A DNA stretch of 64,000 nucleotides from Fistulifera solaris (GCA_030295235.1 AP026130.1:682001-746000), one strand, 5' to 3'. Positions 12,498-26,508 are shown, numbered from the stretch's first letter. The notes: generated from the sequence alone by a model not told the origin. Numbers and translations are program-made.

Positions 12498-15371
12498 ATG
12501 GTCGAACCGCGAGGACCGCGGGAGCGGAGCGTCGAGACACAAGAGGAGGACGCCATGGTGCAACGAATCTTGGAAATGCGTCGCAAGGATTGTGAATTAC
12601 TGGAACAGAATGTTCTGGAGGAATTGGTTCGCGAAAAATGGCAACAACTGAAACCCCTATCCAAAGAGACGGACGCGAAAGAGCAATTTATCGTTTTGTT
12701 GCAAGTGTGTTTTCAGCGCGCCGCCGACGAAAGCCTGTCGGTGAAAAAGCGACGTGTGGCTATTGAATCGATCAAGTCGCTGTTAGAGAAACTAGAATCA
12801 CAGGTCGCCACGAAGAGAAAAAAATCGACGGGAGGAAGAAGAAGACGAAGCAATCAGCCGTCAATCGTCGGGTGATTCTCCCGTTCCGTCGGTAGTCCAG
12901 GGCATTCCGCAACCCACAGCGAAACCACCGAGTGCGGTGCATCAACCAAAGCCGAAGCGGTCGAATGCCGTCGAGCTCTCGAACCGCACACAATCGAATC
13001 ATCGAACGACCGCGCCACCGCAAATAGGATGGTCTCAAACGAATCAAACGCGCGCTTCTGCACCATCCAACGTGTTCTATCAGCCGTCACGGAACGTACC
13101 CGAAAATGTAGACAGACATCCGTTGAAACAAAATGGTAGTTCGTTAGCAGCAAGTAGTTCAATATCACAGAATGATTCGTCGCAACCTTTGTCCGTGGGG
13201 AGGATAGCTCGGACTACCGATTCTTCTCAGCCCTTGACAGCGCTACAAAATGGAAATTCATCTATGTCAATAGCGGCTACTTCGAGGAGGATATCTCGGT
13301 TCGATATGGAGCCTCTACCTTTGTCGAATTTGCAAAATACTGATGGAAACTCATCGTTGTCAGCAGCATCTACCTCACAGACAGATTTCGAGCCTCTTCC
13401 TTTTTCGGTCTTACCACAACAAAATGGCAATTCATCCATGTTTTCTTCGACACGAATATCACAGTCAGATTTGGAGCCCATTCCTCTGTCGGCTTTACCG
13501 CAGTCGAATGTGCCAATGTCAGGACGACTTGCTGGAATGCCTCATGGAAATACCTTCCAAAGACAGAATGGGAATTTTTCAGCGCCGAATGCTAGTTATG
13601 CTTCCATGGCTAGAATAGGATGGTCCGCGGCGCCAAATAATATGCAGCATGTCGGACGCACTCACGGACTTCATCCAAGGATGCCTTTCCCCGTTCGGCC
13701 ACCGGCCCCCATGCAGCCTCCTCGAAATAATCCTGTAAGGTCACCAGTACCAGAAAATGCAACCTCGCCATCTGCTTACGATAACAGAACATTGACGGCG
13801 AGCACGACGCTACCTGCAGCGTCTTCGGCACATTCTCACGGACAACCGACAGCCTCGGAACACGTGGTTCCCGCGGCTGCTTCAAATAATACTTCCACCA
13901 CGGAATCGACGATGTTGGTAACTGCTACGGAACCGCCGGCCGATAAGGGTACTCAGGAAAATCTGTCGGCTTTAGCAAAGACAAATGTACCGGCTATGGC
14001 CTCGGAACTACCGTCTCAAGAGAATCCCCAGGAAATATTGCCGCCCGCGGCAAACACAAACGCTTTCGTGGCGGCTTCGACACCATCTGCTACAGGAGCG
14101 AATGAGAAGCCATTAGTGCAACGCTTCATGGAAACTTTGGAAAAGAATACAACTCCGAAAGTCCAAACAATTCACTTTCCTCCTGATCTCGGAGTACCCA
14201 TTGGGCAGAAACTGAAAACTCGATCAGGTTTGTTAGAAACCCGAATCAATAGCCTCAAAATCACGTGTCACCCGAAACCGATTACTAAAGTGATGACACA
14301 GATCATTGACAGGCGAATTCGAGAGTGGGAACCGTACAGAAATCCATTTGCGTATGTTGCTATGGGTTTGACTTCAGCGGTGGAGACTTGTCTGCCGGAA
14401 GGGAACTTTGCTCGAACTGCCTTTAGTACTCAGATAGATTTGTCGAAAGCAAAATTTCACAATGCTGGGAAATATCCGATAACGCTTGCGAACTACCCTG
14501 GAATGCACTGGGGGACAAAAGTCGAGAATAATTTGGAGTTGTCGCTGGTTATGTTTCCGTTGAAGCGGAATGAGAAAGATCAAAGCAAACGAGCCGATGG
14601 GCACTTATGGCCCAAGGGTTCGTTCCTCGTCGTTCAAAACAATCCTCAGGAGTTGCAGCAGCGACGACAAGAAAGTCACGACCCAAGGTTGTGGAAAGGA
14701 TGCTCCGCCCCGCTGGACTTGGTACCGCTCATTAAAGATCCGAAGCGCCCCATCAAGATTGATCTCTGCAGCTATGATGAAGATTCTTATTTTTATTGTG
14801 TGATGCTGTGCTCGATTCAAACCCCGATGCACTCTATCGCCAACTGACGGAACCAGGACCATTTGCGCTGGAACGAATCAACCGAGGTCAGGCTATGGAA
14901 CTGGCAGCGAATATTGCGCGACGACAAGTGGTGCAACTCGATTGTGACGATGACGCGGAAAAGGAAAAAGGCAAGCTGATATTCTCACTGCTATGTCCCT
15001 TGTCCAAGACGGTGATGGAAACGCCGGTACGGTCTAGCAAATGCAATCACTGGCAGTGTTTTGATTTGAAATTTTTCCTGGAAACCAACCAGTACATTAG
15101 CGGCGCACGATGGCGCTGTGGTGCGTGCGATCCGCGGTTTGTCTCACCCAGGGAACTTCGAATATGCGGTTTGACGGCAGATATGATTCGGGAATACAAA
15201 GATGAAATTTCCGCGCTCCGCAATCGCGTGGAACTGTCGGAAGATGGAGCTTACCGTTTGTTGGAGGAGAAGAAGGTCCGACACCGCGGCGTCAAACGGG
15301 CTCCATCCGCTGACGGAAACGAGGTCAAGCCGAAACGAAATCCAATAGAGGAAGCAATTATTATAGATTAA
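12498..15371 (+). CDS. MIZ/SP-RING zinc-finger protein (PIAS/Siz-like SUMO E3 ligase)
   Basis: SLLCPLSKTVMETPVRSSKCNHWQCFD...WRCGAC SP-RING and a C-terminal SIM-like IIID. Three ORFs are joined by apparent frameshifts at about 12830 and 14820. Confidence 0.75.
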
Positions 15372-15462
15372 GCATCCTATTAATTTTGCTTTGACAAGCC
15401 AAGGGTGGTTTATAGCTGTATTAGATGACGAAACGACCTCACATTATCTTTCTAGGAACCGA

Positions 15463-16334
15463 CTAATTCCGCGCATTTGACCATCCCCATTCCACTGCTT
15501 CCTTAGGATACACGGTAGCTTGAAAGGATGGCCGGGCAAAGAGGTTGGTCATGTATTGCGACAAATGAACGTACTCGGCCAAGTCAATTTGTTTGTGAAA
15601 GGCGTCAATCCCACATTGCAAATGATAGAGCTGTGGCGCTAATTTACAATCCACCTGCGTAAAGACATCCCCATTCCAGAATTGTTTTCCCACCAAATGA
15701 TCGTCGAGTTGCTGGAGAGTGATTTTCAAATTGTCACGCAATTCTAGATCCGTATCATCATTGTCGGGTGTATGCTTCAAATACTTGGCCACCGCCGGGA
15801 ATAGCCCACCGACGATTTCGTTACTACTGCTGATTTGACTGAGTTCTTTGTTTTTTCCGAAAAAGAAGAGAAGATAATCGACAATCACCGAACTTTCGGT
15901 ATAACATTCCTTCCGATGTCGTAACGCTGGCATTTTCCCTTCATAATGATCCACCAACCATTTCGGTTTCGTTTCCGATGTTGTGGGAAGTACTTCGTAT
16001 TCGAGATTGAGCTCTTCCAATACGATTCGTACGAAATGACAAAAGGGCAATCGCCGATGGCTTGTCCGTCGGGTCCAGCTTTGCAATACAAGATCATGCC
16101 TCCCTCTAAGAAAAAGACAGTAAGTTATACCGAAATGAAACAAAATACACATCACCTGAATTAATCTGACATACCGGTCGGCGTAGCACCTTCTTGTCGA
16201 ACTTCCAAGCCTCGATTGGATACCGAAAGCGCCGTGAACCGTCGCGCAACGAATGGAATTTGCCAGCCCGAAGCGACTGCGACCCACAAGAAAAGAAATA
16301 ATTGGAAGAAACAACTACCCTCTGTCATTCTCAT
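15463..16334 (-). CDS. DHAR: Dehydroascorbate reductase (GST superfamily), probably plastid-targeted
   Basis: LYCKAGPDGQAIGDCPF active-site motif, KPKWL...GKMPAL, DCKLAPQLYH. Signal peptide ends ASG-W. Intron at about 16108-16174. Confidence 0.85.
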
Positions 16335-16402
16335 TGCTATAAATGTCTGTGAATGTGAAAAAAGTAAATACTCCGGAGTATTGATAATAAAGTCACAAGA
16401 TC

Positions 16403-16999
16403 TTGACGATTGATCGGCGTTTGTGAAAATTGTGTGATGTGTTTTTTCTTTCTTGCAAAACTCCATCCACATCCACTCATCGAAATAATGAAGCAGAGGA
16501 CATACAGAAATTCTGAGTGAGTTGCAAATATCACTACCAGTTGTTTTTCACACATACAGAACTCTGGGAAGTTCCAGAAATATCGGACTAGTTGTACGTA
16601 GTATTTCAATTAAACAGAAAATCTGGACAATCCAGAAAATCTGGGGGTTCTTGAAATTCTGGACCAGTTGTATTTCATTCATACAGAAAATCTGGGGCGT
16701 TCCAGAAATTCTGGACCTCACAGATAATCTGGGCAGTCCAGAAATTCTGCACCAGTTATATTTCATTCATACCTGGTACAGAAAATCTCGGTCAATCCAG
16801 AAATTCTGGACCAGATGTATTTCATTCATACAGAAATTCTGTGGCTTTCCAGAATTTTTGGATCAGTTGTATTTCATTCATCCTTAAAGCATGATGTTGA
16901 CGATTGATCGGCGTTTGTAAAAGATGTGAGATGTGTGATGAGTTTTTTTTCTCGCAATTCCATCTTCATCCACTCATCGAAAAATAATGCAGTAGAGGA
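16403..16999 (+). repeat. About 100-bp imperfect direct repeats (16403-16500 and 16897-16999) flanking minisatellite A
   Basis: Both begin TTGACGATTGATCGGCGTTTGT and contain CATCCACTCATCGAAA...TAATG...AGAGGA. Confidence 0.85.
16501..16882 (+). repeat. Minisatellite array, about 52-bp unit (copy A)
   Basis: Degenerate tandem units CATACAGAAAATCTGGGGCRTTCCAGAAATTCTGGACCAGTTGTATTTCATT. Confidence 0.9.
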
Positions 17000-17280
17000 G
17001 ATCGCACTCGTGACTCCTTATTGTGCAAATCATACTCCCGCTAGGTAAGGCTGCTACTTTCTATAATGCTTTGCATTATATAAGAAAGTTTGAAAGAGCA
17101 TGATTTACTAGTACATTAGTAATCAAATAAATTCAAAGAAAGACCTTTTATGGCAAACTCTTCTCGCACGAGTCTTGCTACCCCCAATCAAGCGATTGAT
17201 TAGCAACATCAGGGGGAGGCGTCAGTATCTATCCAAAAGCGCATGGGGCCACTTACATCGAGAACAAATCTACGTTCTCA

Positions 17281-18886
17281 TTATTTTGTTTCGAATCCTT
17301 TTGAGATTCTTCTTCGAGCAGCAAGCTCTGGTCGCACGGCTCGTCCGAGCGGACCGTAACCCAAAAGAACCCTTGCCAACGCGGCAACGAAATACATGCC
17401 CAATCTCATGGTAAATGTTCCAAAGACAAAACTCAAGGAATCACATCGTGTCTTGAGAAGCAAAAATTGCGGAAGAAAAGTCCCCATTCCCATGGTCAAC
17501 AAGAACCCAAAGTCACGACTTGCCAACATAGCACCATCCGCTGCAACACTGAGAATGGAAGCGGTCACGGCCAGAAAGACCGAAAGGGCGGCTTGTTTTG
17601 CCAACAATTGCACCGCAGGATCCGAAGTAAACCAACCAGATCCGAAATTTATGGCCGAGACGGTAGTGGCTCCGATTCCCAAGGCAGTGATGACTGCTAG
17701 GACTCCGACGGATTTCAAATTCCCCCGGATCGTTTTCGCTGTCGCCTTTGTCGAGCAAAGGAGGCAACTGTGTTTGAGAGAGTTGACTGAGTGGTTCTCC
17801 GAACAGGAGGAAAAAGACCAGCAGATTCAGACACAACTGATACGCCGCCAAAGGCTGTACACCCAACGCCATGGCACTCGTTTGCATGGCGACCAGACCG
17901 CCCAGTCGCGTTAACGTCACCGCCAGTAAAGGACCGGTGTAAGAGAGCAACGACATGAATTCGTTCTTTTGCGGCAAACGAAGCTTCGGTAACAGTCGCT
18001 TGGTATGCAAGGACTTCATCATGACGAGTGAACTGAACACGGTGGCCGCCGCCGTGGCAATGGCGGCACCTGTGACACCCATCCGCAGGGGCCAAGCACA
18101 CAACAAGGCGTCGCCGATGATATTTAACACCGACGCCAAAGCGACAATCTTCAGAGGTGTCATGACATCCCGTGTCGCCATGAGGACACTCAGACATATC
18201 GACTGCGCCAACGCAAAGGAAGAGATGGCCCCACGCCAGTGAATGTACGAGGTAGCACTTTGTCTCAAAGAAGGATGGACGTTGAGTGAGGAAAGAAGGG
18301 AAGGCGTTCCGACCGCGTAGAATAGACACAGAACAACACCTGCCATTAACGAAACCGTCAGTGGCGCGGCTGCGGCTTCGCGTGCGGCGTCGACGTTTCC
18401 TTCGGAGCTCTCCGCCGTCGCCCCGTACGCACTGGCCACCAAACCCGTGGTGGCGCGCGAAAGAAAGGTAAACAAATACAGCATCTGATCAATGCAAAGC
18501 GTCGCCGGAGACAGCGCCGCCAAACCTTTCGTGCCGACTAGTTTGCCGACAAAGGCATTGTCGATATTGGATAAGAGAGGATTCGACAAGTAGATGCCCA
18601 AGGCAGGAAGGGCGAATTTGAGCATACTTCGTTTACTGGTTTGTTTCGCCGGCTTTGTTGGCTCGCTCCGTGATACAAAGACTTCATCGGACGACAGATC
18701 CGCGGGTGACTTGAAAAGTGCATCGGAGTCAAGCCCGGATGGACTTTGAGCTCCGAGAATGGAGGATGTGCTTCTCGGAACCAGCTGGAATGAGTGAGAC
18801 GCATGTCGGAACTGGATCAAGGCGCTTGAGTATTCAAATTTCACTAACAATGCAGTGAGCGCTGCTACTTTCAGCGCTGGGCGCAT
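17281..18886 (-). CDS. MATE efflux family transporter (EDS5/DTX46-like), with N-terminal presequence
   Basis: FALPALGIYLSNPLLSNIDNAFVG, LAALSPAT, NIIGDALL...MGVTGAAIAT; frameshift at about 17725. Confidence 0.88.
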
Positions 18887-19301
18887 CTTGTATTGAGAAG
18901 CTAAGGAGAAAGAAGATGATTTTATGAATCCATCACCTTAAATAAAGATGCCGAGGCTCTTGATTGTGTGCTGCTTTTTGATGCTTTTTTGTCGTTTTAC
19001 TTTTCATCAAAAAAGAACACGAAAGAAGTGACAGCAAAAAAATCAAAATCCTTAAGGTTTTCGTGTACCAGGTACTCCGTACATTTCTGTACAAGGAGAA
19101 GTATCCCTAACCGGCTATCAGTCGTGTGTCACTTGCGGTTGCGGGTCTGCGCGATCTTTTTCCTCATCTCCCCAACATTGAAAACACTATTTGACTCTAG
19201 CCTCTCTAGACGATCTCGACGTGCTCCAAGTCACACTTTTGCCAGATTTAGCAATGCTGCGGACTTGGAATGAAATCACTATTGCTGATCGCGGAGGGAA
19301 A

Positions 19302-20479
19302 TCACGACTTGACTTGTTGTAAACCTAATTGTCTCATCCCGGCAATGGCGAGTACGGAACCCAGGAAACCATTTCCTACGCGAATGAGAAAGATGAGCGC
19401 ACCATGCAGGATCGGGAAACGATGAAACCATCGACCCACGAGAGGTTCGATCAATCCCTGCAGGACTTGGTAGCGAATGTTGCTGACGACGGCCATGAAG
19501 ACACCTGTATAGAGAGATGCATACAAAACATTCACATTTTGTGTGCTGGCTTCAAACGAAGGCAATAGGAAGGTTCGAATCAAAATCATGATTCGCACAA
19601 CACCGTATCCGACACTGCTAGCAATAAAACCTGCTCGAAACAAAGGGACCACAGGGACTATGAATGCAGCGAGGCGTTGGTAGAGTTTGGGTTTAGTAAC
19701 CCCATCCAGCATGGTGGCTTGAAAAGCGTTTGTTGGAACTTTGATTTGAAACAATTGAACATCACCTTCGCTCTTCTTCTTGTTGTGAAAAGGACCAGCT
19801 TGCGTCGGGGCTACCTTCCACATGCTATAGTATTTCCCGAACACCGCCGTCAATATACCCGCCAGAACAAAATCAAATTGGACTAAAATTTGATCACTGC
19901 CTCGTCGTTCAATTTCTGCGGTCAACTGAGTCGTCGCAGCCAAGAAAAGCTCGGCCACAGATTTTTTGCGGAAAGGCCGGATCGGCGGCCACACGTTGTT
20001 GGTATCCATTTTGGATGCTTGCCACCAGTTTGCGAGTCGGGCTTTCCGTGAGTTGCAATGCGTGACATCTACATGAGACAAATGCAAATATAGAGGGAAG
20101 GAGAAGAGAGATAGAGGGAGATCGCATTTTCTAATAAATAAAGTCAACGAATAATGAACACCATCTTTTTATCATGTCAATTATGCGCCGGTCGCAAACT
20201 CGATCCCTGACTTAAAAATTGCACTATCGCTCTAAGTGTAGTCGTATCAAGACCGGATTTCAGTCTTGAGTCGTCTGTCTTCTTAGCTTGTGCTGTGTCG
20301 CTCGAAGAATCAGCGATGGCCGAAGGCCATACTTTTATTCTTGGAATCACATTACAAATGTCCTTATTAGGGTTGTCTCGCATTTATTAATGTCGCTATA
20401 GAGACGAGCAATACTACCGAAGTACGAGGCAGCACAATCGAAAACCAAATAATGAAGCCTGATATGACTTCACGTTCAT
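19302..20479 (-). CDS. RETICULATA-related (DUF3411-like) plastid membrane protein (5' end uncertain)
   Basis: RVAADPAFP-K...AEIERRG, YTGVFMAVVSNIRYQVLQGLIEP, IRVGNGFLGS. Confidence 0.7.
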
Positions 20480-21018
20480 CTAATTCGCATCATGGGTAAG
20501 TAAGGCTGCACTTAAATTGGGTAGCTTTTATTTTAACTTGCACTAAAGCTTTGTGTTTTTTACTTGTCGAAAAGTTTGCTTGTATAAACGTGACTCCATG
20601 GGGTGGAATTTTCACTGTAGTTTTAGAGTGTTGTCCGTTTGTGATCACGACTGGATGTCAGTCATGATTTCATGGCCTGCATGAGGTATGAATTATTTAG
20701 GGTTTGTTTTTGTTTTAGCTCGACTTTAACGAGTTGAAAGTAACCTTACTGTCAAAGTTAACTCTAACGCAGGATCGCTACAGTACCGACAACTTCTTCC
20801 TTGCTGAAAAAAGTCGGAAGGGCCTTGTCGCATTTTTCACACCACCGAAAGCACAAACACGTCAGGAAATGCTCACAATCAACAAGCACAAGACCTTCTT
20901 CATCTTTATCGTCATCCGTTATGTGCCGATGAAAATTGTTATTCCTGATCAAGCTTTGCCATCCTAATCAAAGAAGAGCTAGAAGTTGTTATCAGAACCA
21001 CCTGTTGTCAGTAGGCAG

Positions 21019-22287
21019 ATGAAGCCCACCGGATCGGTTGCATTATTGGCTTGTAGCCATCTGTTGATGGCCTCTGGTTTCACAACATCGCCTCATTTAT
21101 CTCTTAGTTCAAGAATTTATCGACGATTTGGTGACTCGGTTACAAATCCAGCAAGATTCGAGGTACAACGCACCCAGCATGGTCTCTCCGCGACACCATT
21201 TGAGTTTCCGAAAAATCCTTCACCATTTTCGGCCATCAAAAATGGGATACAGAAATGGACCCATCGGCTGAGAAATGAAGAAGTTTTGCAATGGCGAGCG
21301 CTCGCGTTTTCGTTCTTTTCTTCGCTTTTCCTGTTCCGCCGCTCCATCGATGTCAAGCTAGCTAGTCTATGGGCTTATTTGACGACCTCTTCATCATTGA
21401 TACCCCGAATCTTTCGCACAGACTCATACGAGTGGGTATTGGCTGTCACTGCATTCTTTTTCTACATTCACTTTTTCTGGTACGCCGATGTGAGCGTTCG
21501 GAAGGCATCGGAACAAGGAAAGATTCATCCGTGGCGTAAATACCGTCTGCAAGACCGATTTGAAGCGGATAAACATCGACGATCCGTCGAGCGCAAGCTT
21601 CGAAGGAACGGCGAAACACCTTTCAAAATGAAGTTGTCACGGACTACAGTGAGGTCACAAAGCAAGCAGGGTGGAACTGGAAGGCTTGGACCTGTGAAGT
21701 CTGGGTGTACGTTGTCCCTTTGTTAACATGGGATATATTGAGCCCTCGTCGTCACCGTCGCCTTGCGGCATTCGGTGCGCCCACCACAATCCAAGTCCTT
21801 CGTGACATAACTTGTGGTCTGCTTCTGTACGACATTCTCTTTTCACTGGTCATATTCTCATGCACAAGATTCCCCTTATCTACCGCACCATCCACGCCAA
21901 ACACCACCAGGAACCAGAAGTTCGCGCCGGTGATGTGGTCCGACTCTCCATGGTCGAAGAAGTACTGGAAGTTGGTTTCTCGATCATTGCTCTCAACGCG
22001 CTTGGCGCCCACCCAATTTCGAGGAGTATTTACAATCTCATCATCACATTTTTACTCACCGAGCTTCACTGCGGTTTCGATTTTCCTTGGACACCGCAGA
22101 ATGTAGTGCCTTTTGGTCTCGCTACCGGAAGTCGTCGTCATCATTTCCACCATCGCAATGGGAAGCATTACTACCAAAAGTTCTTTTCCATGTAGACAGG
22201 TTGTTTGGATACTTTCAAAAGACGATGGCAGTCTTCATGGTGATTCGGTGAAGCCGAATCCTCACATTCCACCTGCATGGCAGTAGA
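21019..22287 (+). CDS. Fatty-acid hydroxylase / sterol desaturase superfamily protein (CH25H-like)
   Basis: His boxes HILMH, IHAKHH, ELHCGFDFPW and HHFHH, spread over several frameshifted ORFs. Confidence 0.8.
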
Positions 22288-22389
22288 CATAAAATGGTGC
22301 GAAAGTGAAAGCTCAGGATAGCGTGTATTACTAAAAGAAACAGTTAAAGCTATTTTCACCATATGTTGAATGTTTTATTGATGATGTAA

Positions 22390-23519
22390 TCAGCTTTCAT
22401 GTGATGATCCGTGTGACGAGACGGACGATTGTTCAGAGGATTGTTCTGGAAGGGTATCGGAGCTCGCATCACTCTCTACTGGAGTAGCGTTGCTCTCAGC
22501 TCGTGTAATTGTCTTTGGCTTCTTGCTATACGTTTTTCTGTAAAAATGCATGAATAGCACAAATAGACTGACCATTTCGAAGACTTGCACGTAAATAGCA
22601 GTATAATTCTTCCATGTGGCTCCCTCGGGCATCCATAGACACGAGAATCCAGAGTAGACAACGACAGAAACAAACTGGATGAGTTGCGCCATCGTTAAAT
22701 ACCGCTTCCACGGGCAGGGGATCTTGAGCAAACTCATCGTGTAGTACGAATACATCATAACATGAATCCACGAGTTGATCAGAGCCCCAAAGTAAATGTC
22801 ACCACCCGAATGTAATTCTAGACCGAGCCACCAAGCCCATGCAATAGAAAAATGGTGGTAGACATGAAGGAAGGAAACCTATGGGTACATTCGATGATGG
22901 ACGGCAAAAGTGAGAGTGACCGCCAACTGAAGCGCCTCATTTCATTGATCGCATCGAGTGCCTTACCTGATCCATCCTGCCCCTGAGAACCATAAAGTAA
23001 GTGTCGAAAAACTCCAGATATTTGTCACAATAATGTACCCATACAGCGTATGTTGCTCCTGTATCTACTAGATCAAAAGGCCCGCTTATGAACGGATGAC
23101 CTCGCATGACAAGGGCATGTAGAATTCGACATACCATCCAAAAATTTAGCACCACTTGGGCTGCATTGTATAAAACCATAGATTCGCGAAGGAGTACCTT
23201 CACATTAATTTTGTTTTCCAAGTAGCGAGTCGAGAACATCCTCAACAAGGGGGAGACTGCAAAGGTAAAAGGTCGTGAGTCCCAACGTCAGGGACCAGTG
23301 GTGAAGTTTCGCTTGCGCTCCGGGTATCTGTGACTCATCTACAAATGTCAGTTTCCCCCAGACGGCGAAGATACCCATTAGTATAGAAATACATGTATAA
23401 CGCGCTGCGAGCGAAGGAGGCGATAGCACCGTTTCTACGGGCGGAGCAGAATCTGCCTTTGTATTCATAAAAGCTGTCTCTTTCGACGACGGTGATACGC
23501 AAACTTCGGAACTCGCCAT
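22390..23519 (-). CDS. ELO/GNS1 family fatty-acid elongase (PUFA elongase-like)
   Basis: KYLEFFDTYFMVLR, (intron) VSFLHVYHH, NSWIHVMMYSYY, TMAQLIQF. Confidence 0.92.
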
Positions 23520-24052
23520 TGTATAAGAAATGCTCGAATTGAAAGTATCGTCTATGAAATTTAGAGCAAAGCGATGTTGAGATGACTACGAACCACCATC
23601 TCCAACATCGGCTTTTTTCTTGGGCGAAAAATCGTGAATGGCTCAATTGTTGGTCTGTCACTTGTTTTGCTGACGTGAAGAGAAAAAAGGTGAAGGATCG
23701 GCAAATCTGTTGGAAACGCTGTACCACCAATGATTCCCAAGACTACACTGCTATTCATACTATTATTACCAAATCAGGAACTTCTCAAGGCTAAACCTTT
23801 GCCGTCATGACGAAGCGTGAAAGTGAACGTGGTCTATGACGCACTAAAGTGCTACGTAAAATTTACGTTTGAAACGCTACTGTAGGCCATCCTACACGTT
23901 TCAGTGCCACTTTGTCGCGCTACGACAGAAAAGACTTGCGGAAATATTAGGGATCAACACATAATAACACACAACAACTTTTCGTCACCTTGCTGATGAA
24001 TGTTTTAAAATATAATTATCGCCACACATTACTAATAATAAACGACAACCAT

Positions 24053-25466
24053 TTACTTGGGCTTGACGATGTTGTCGATGATGGAGTAGAGGAACACACC
24101 TGCAGGATGGAAAGACGCAAAGTACGCGATGAGACAGACGTCAGGAAACAAAAGAAAACAAACAAAAAATGATCAGTACTCACCTCCAATACCAATAGTG
24201 CAACCAATCAACTTGATGGGGGAAAGAGATTCACCCAAAACCAAGGCGACACCAACAATGACAATGACACGCTTGGCCGTGTTGGCGACGGACTGGGTGA
24301 CGGCTCCCGTCTTCTTGAGTGTCATGGTCGCCAACTCGTTGTATCCGTAAAAGTAAAGAGCCGAAGCCACCAAGTTTTGCCAAACAGCCGGAGTAGTCTT
24401 GGCGATTTGCACGAACTCGCCGAAACGGTTTCCTTCCTTGATGATAATGAGAGGAATGCTCAACAAGAAACCCAAGATACTGGTGAGGGCGAACTGGTTA
24501 CCGATGGATCCGATGCGGTCCTTGAGTCCGGGAGTCTCCATGAGCTTCTTGTTTTCGTTACCACGCACCGCAGCGAACATGTTGGCAATGCAGGCCGAGA
24601 TGAGGGCAGACCAGGCAAAGTCGAGTTCCTTGACGGAAGCCAAGATGACACCACCAATGACGACGGGCAAGCAGAGCCACTTGGCCTTGGAGACTTTCTT
24701 GCCGTAGACGAACTGAGAAAGCACAGCCGCGAACGCGGGTTCCGCGGCCTTGACAATCTGAGCGAAGGAGACGGCTCCCATTCCCATGGCGAACACGGAA
24801 GCCGCATGGGCGCCCATGAAGCAAAGAGACACCGGAAGCATCTTTTTGATATCGTCGAGGGTGACGGTGGGTGCCTTACGAGCATCGGGTGCCAACCAGA
24901 GGAAGATACCGTAGAGGCATCCAATACCCAACTGAAGACTGGAGATGGTCATGGGGAATCCGGTCTTACCACCCGCAGCGTTCAAGGCAAGCTTGTTGGT
25001 GATATTGTACCAGTAGTTACCAAGGTACCAGAGACCGAAGTAGATCAAAAGACCAAAGTCGATGGATCCAGCGATTCCGCCTCCGCGGGGTGCTTTTTCG
25101 GCCGACGAAGAAGCGGCTTCTTTTAGTTGCTGTCATAACGAAGCGATTGTCAGAACGAAAGAATTTATGAAAAGGATTATCCATCGGCATCAGCCTTGTG
25201 CCTCGAATGATAGACACGCCAATGAAAATCAATATTTGCGAAAAAAACGTCGAAAAGAGAAAAAACCCGCCGCCGATCATCTCATCGTCTGCGCTACTCA
25301 CCGTAAGAGGTCGGCCTTGCACGTCAACAGCCTGTACCATCGGTGATTCCGATCGGCTGCGGGCAAAGCCCATTTTCTTGGTCGCACTCGACGTGCTAAC
25401 GCCATGGAGCCCAAAGGCTGATGCACAGAGCAGGTGAGCAAGGAAAACAGTAGAAAGAATCTTCAT
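24053..25466 (-). CDS. Plastid triose-phosphate/phosphate translocator
   Basis: ASAF presequence, YFGLWYLGNYWYNITNK, VSFAQIVKAAEPAF, SVANTAKRVIVI; introns near 24100-24180 and 25190-25304. Confidence 0.92.
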
Positions 25467-26094
25467 GTTAGTCGATGATTGCAATGGAAGAGAGATGTCA
25501 ACTGATTTGCAATCGCTATTTTTTGAAGCAGCCGATCGGTAATATGTTCGAGACACGATATCTTGCGAAGATCGCAAAGGTTTGATTTACAGTCGGTGAT
25601 AGTGTACTCGGATTTCAGGCCCTTTCCGTCGTCGGAAGATTGTTGTCTGATTGTTGATTGGACACCACAAATTCAAAACATAATTCAGACATTTCCCACT
25701 ATCAGTTGAAGAGATCATTCTTACGTGGTGTTTACGTGGCCTACGTCAGACCAAGTACGTCACCTTGGGACCTCGAGACGAGGACGGCGCGCGACAGTGC
25801 GACTGGCGTGCGCTTCGCATTTTGCAACTCTGTCGCAAACAACGTTCGGGTTTTTGGATGTCGCAGATCTCGCGCACTCGAAAGACTTAGGAGTAAAGTA
25901 GAAACCCCTATTATGCGAAAGATACGATTTTGGAATTCTGTGAAAGGTGGAGTCGAGCCATCACATGACACGGAATTGCGAAGCAGATACATTCTTTCGA
26001 ATAACAAGCTCTCCGCTCTCCTTGTGAACAACGAATAAGCGCCCTCTTTGCGATTCAATTCAACTTTACAAATCTTCATTCTACAAAAGCAACA

Positions 26095-26508
26095 ATGTCG
26101 CTCTCAACGGTGAACTACTACTTTGCAGAAACGACGGTGAGCATCCCTCTTGTCCACGAGTCGCTCCGTGTTATTGTGTATTTCGACTCACACGCTCACG
26201 ATACGCAAAAGGGACTTCGTGTCCCCTTTATGATCGTGGCGGTACTTTTGTTCTATGTCTTGTATCGATGGGATACGAAGATTACGGACCAGAATAATGA
26301 TGCAATGGCTGTGCTGGAAAACATCGAACACGATGCCCGGAAACAAGAATATCGCGCCAAGAATATGGCGAGTCGACAAGAAGTAAATGCCAGTAAACGG
26401 AAGCAACTCAATAATATGAGCACACAGACGGCGCATATTGCAAAAACATTATTCATCAGCCCGACAAAAGTAAGAAGAGTCGTTAAACAGAACGATACTA
26501 GTCTTTGA
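26095..26508 (+). CDS. Small hypothetical single-TM protein (probable intron after codon 14)
   Basis: Hydrophobic VPFMIVAVLLFYVLY followed by a charged helical tail; GTGAGC donor at 26137. Confidence 0.45.
   Translation: MSLSTVNYYFAETTVSIPLVHESLRVIVYFDSHAHDTQKGLRVPFMIVAVLLFYVLYRWDTKITDQNNDAMAVLENIEHDARKQEYRAKNMASRQEVNASKRKQLNNMSTQTAHIAKTLFISPTKVRRVVKQNDTSL

Noticed and set aside
16522..16887. ORFs within the minisatellite arrays (also 29163-29672)
   Set aside because: These are repetitive translations of the tandem unit in several frames, not real genes.
24377..25126. 249-aa antisense ORF over the TPT gene (similar cases: 53626-54378, 1134-1721)
   Set aside because: Shadow ORFs caused by codon bias or low complexity in the real gene on the opposite strand.
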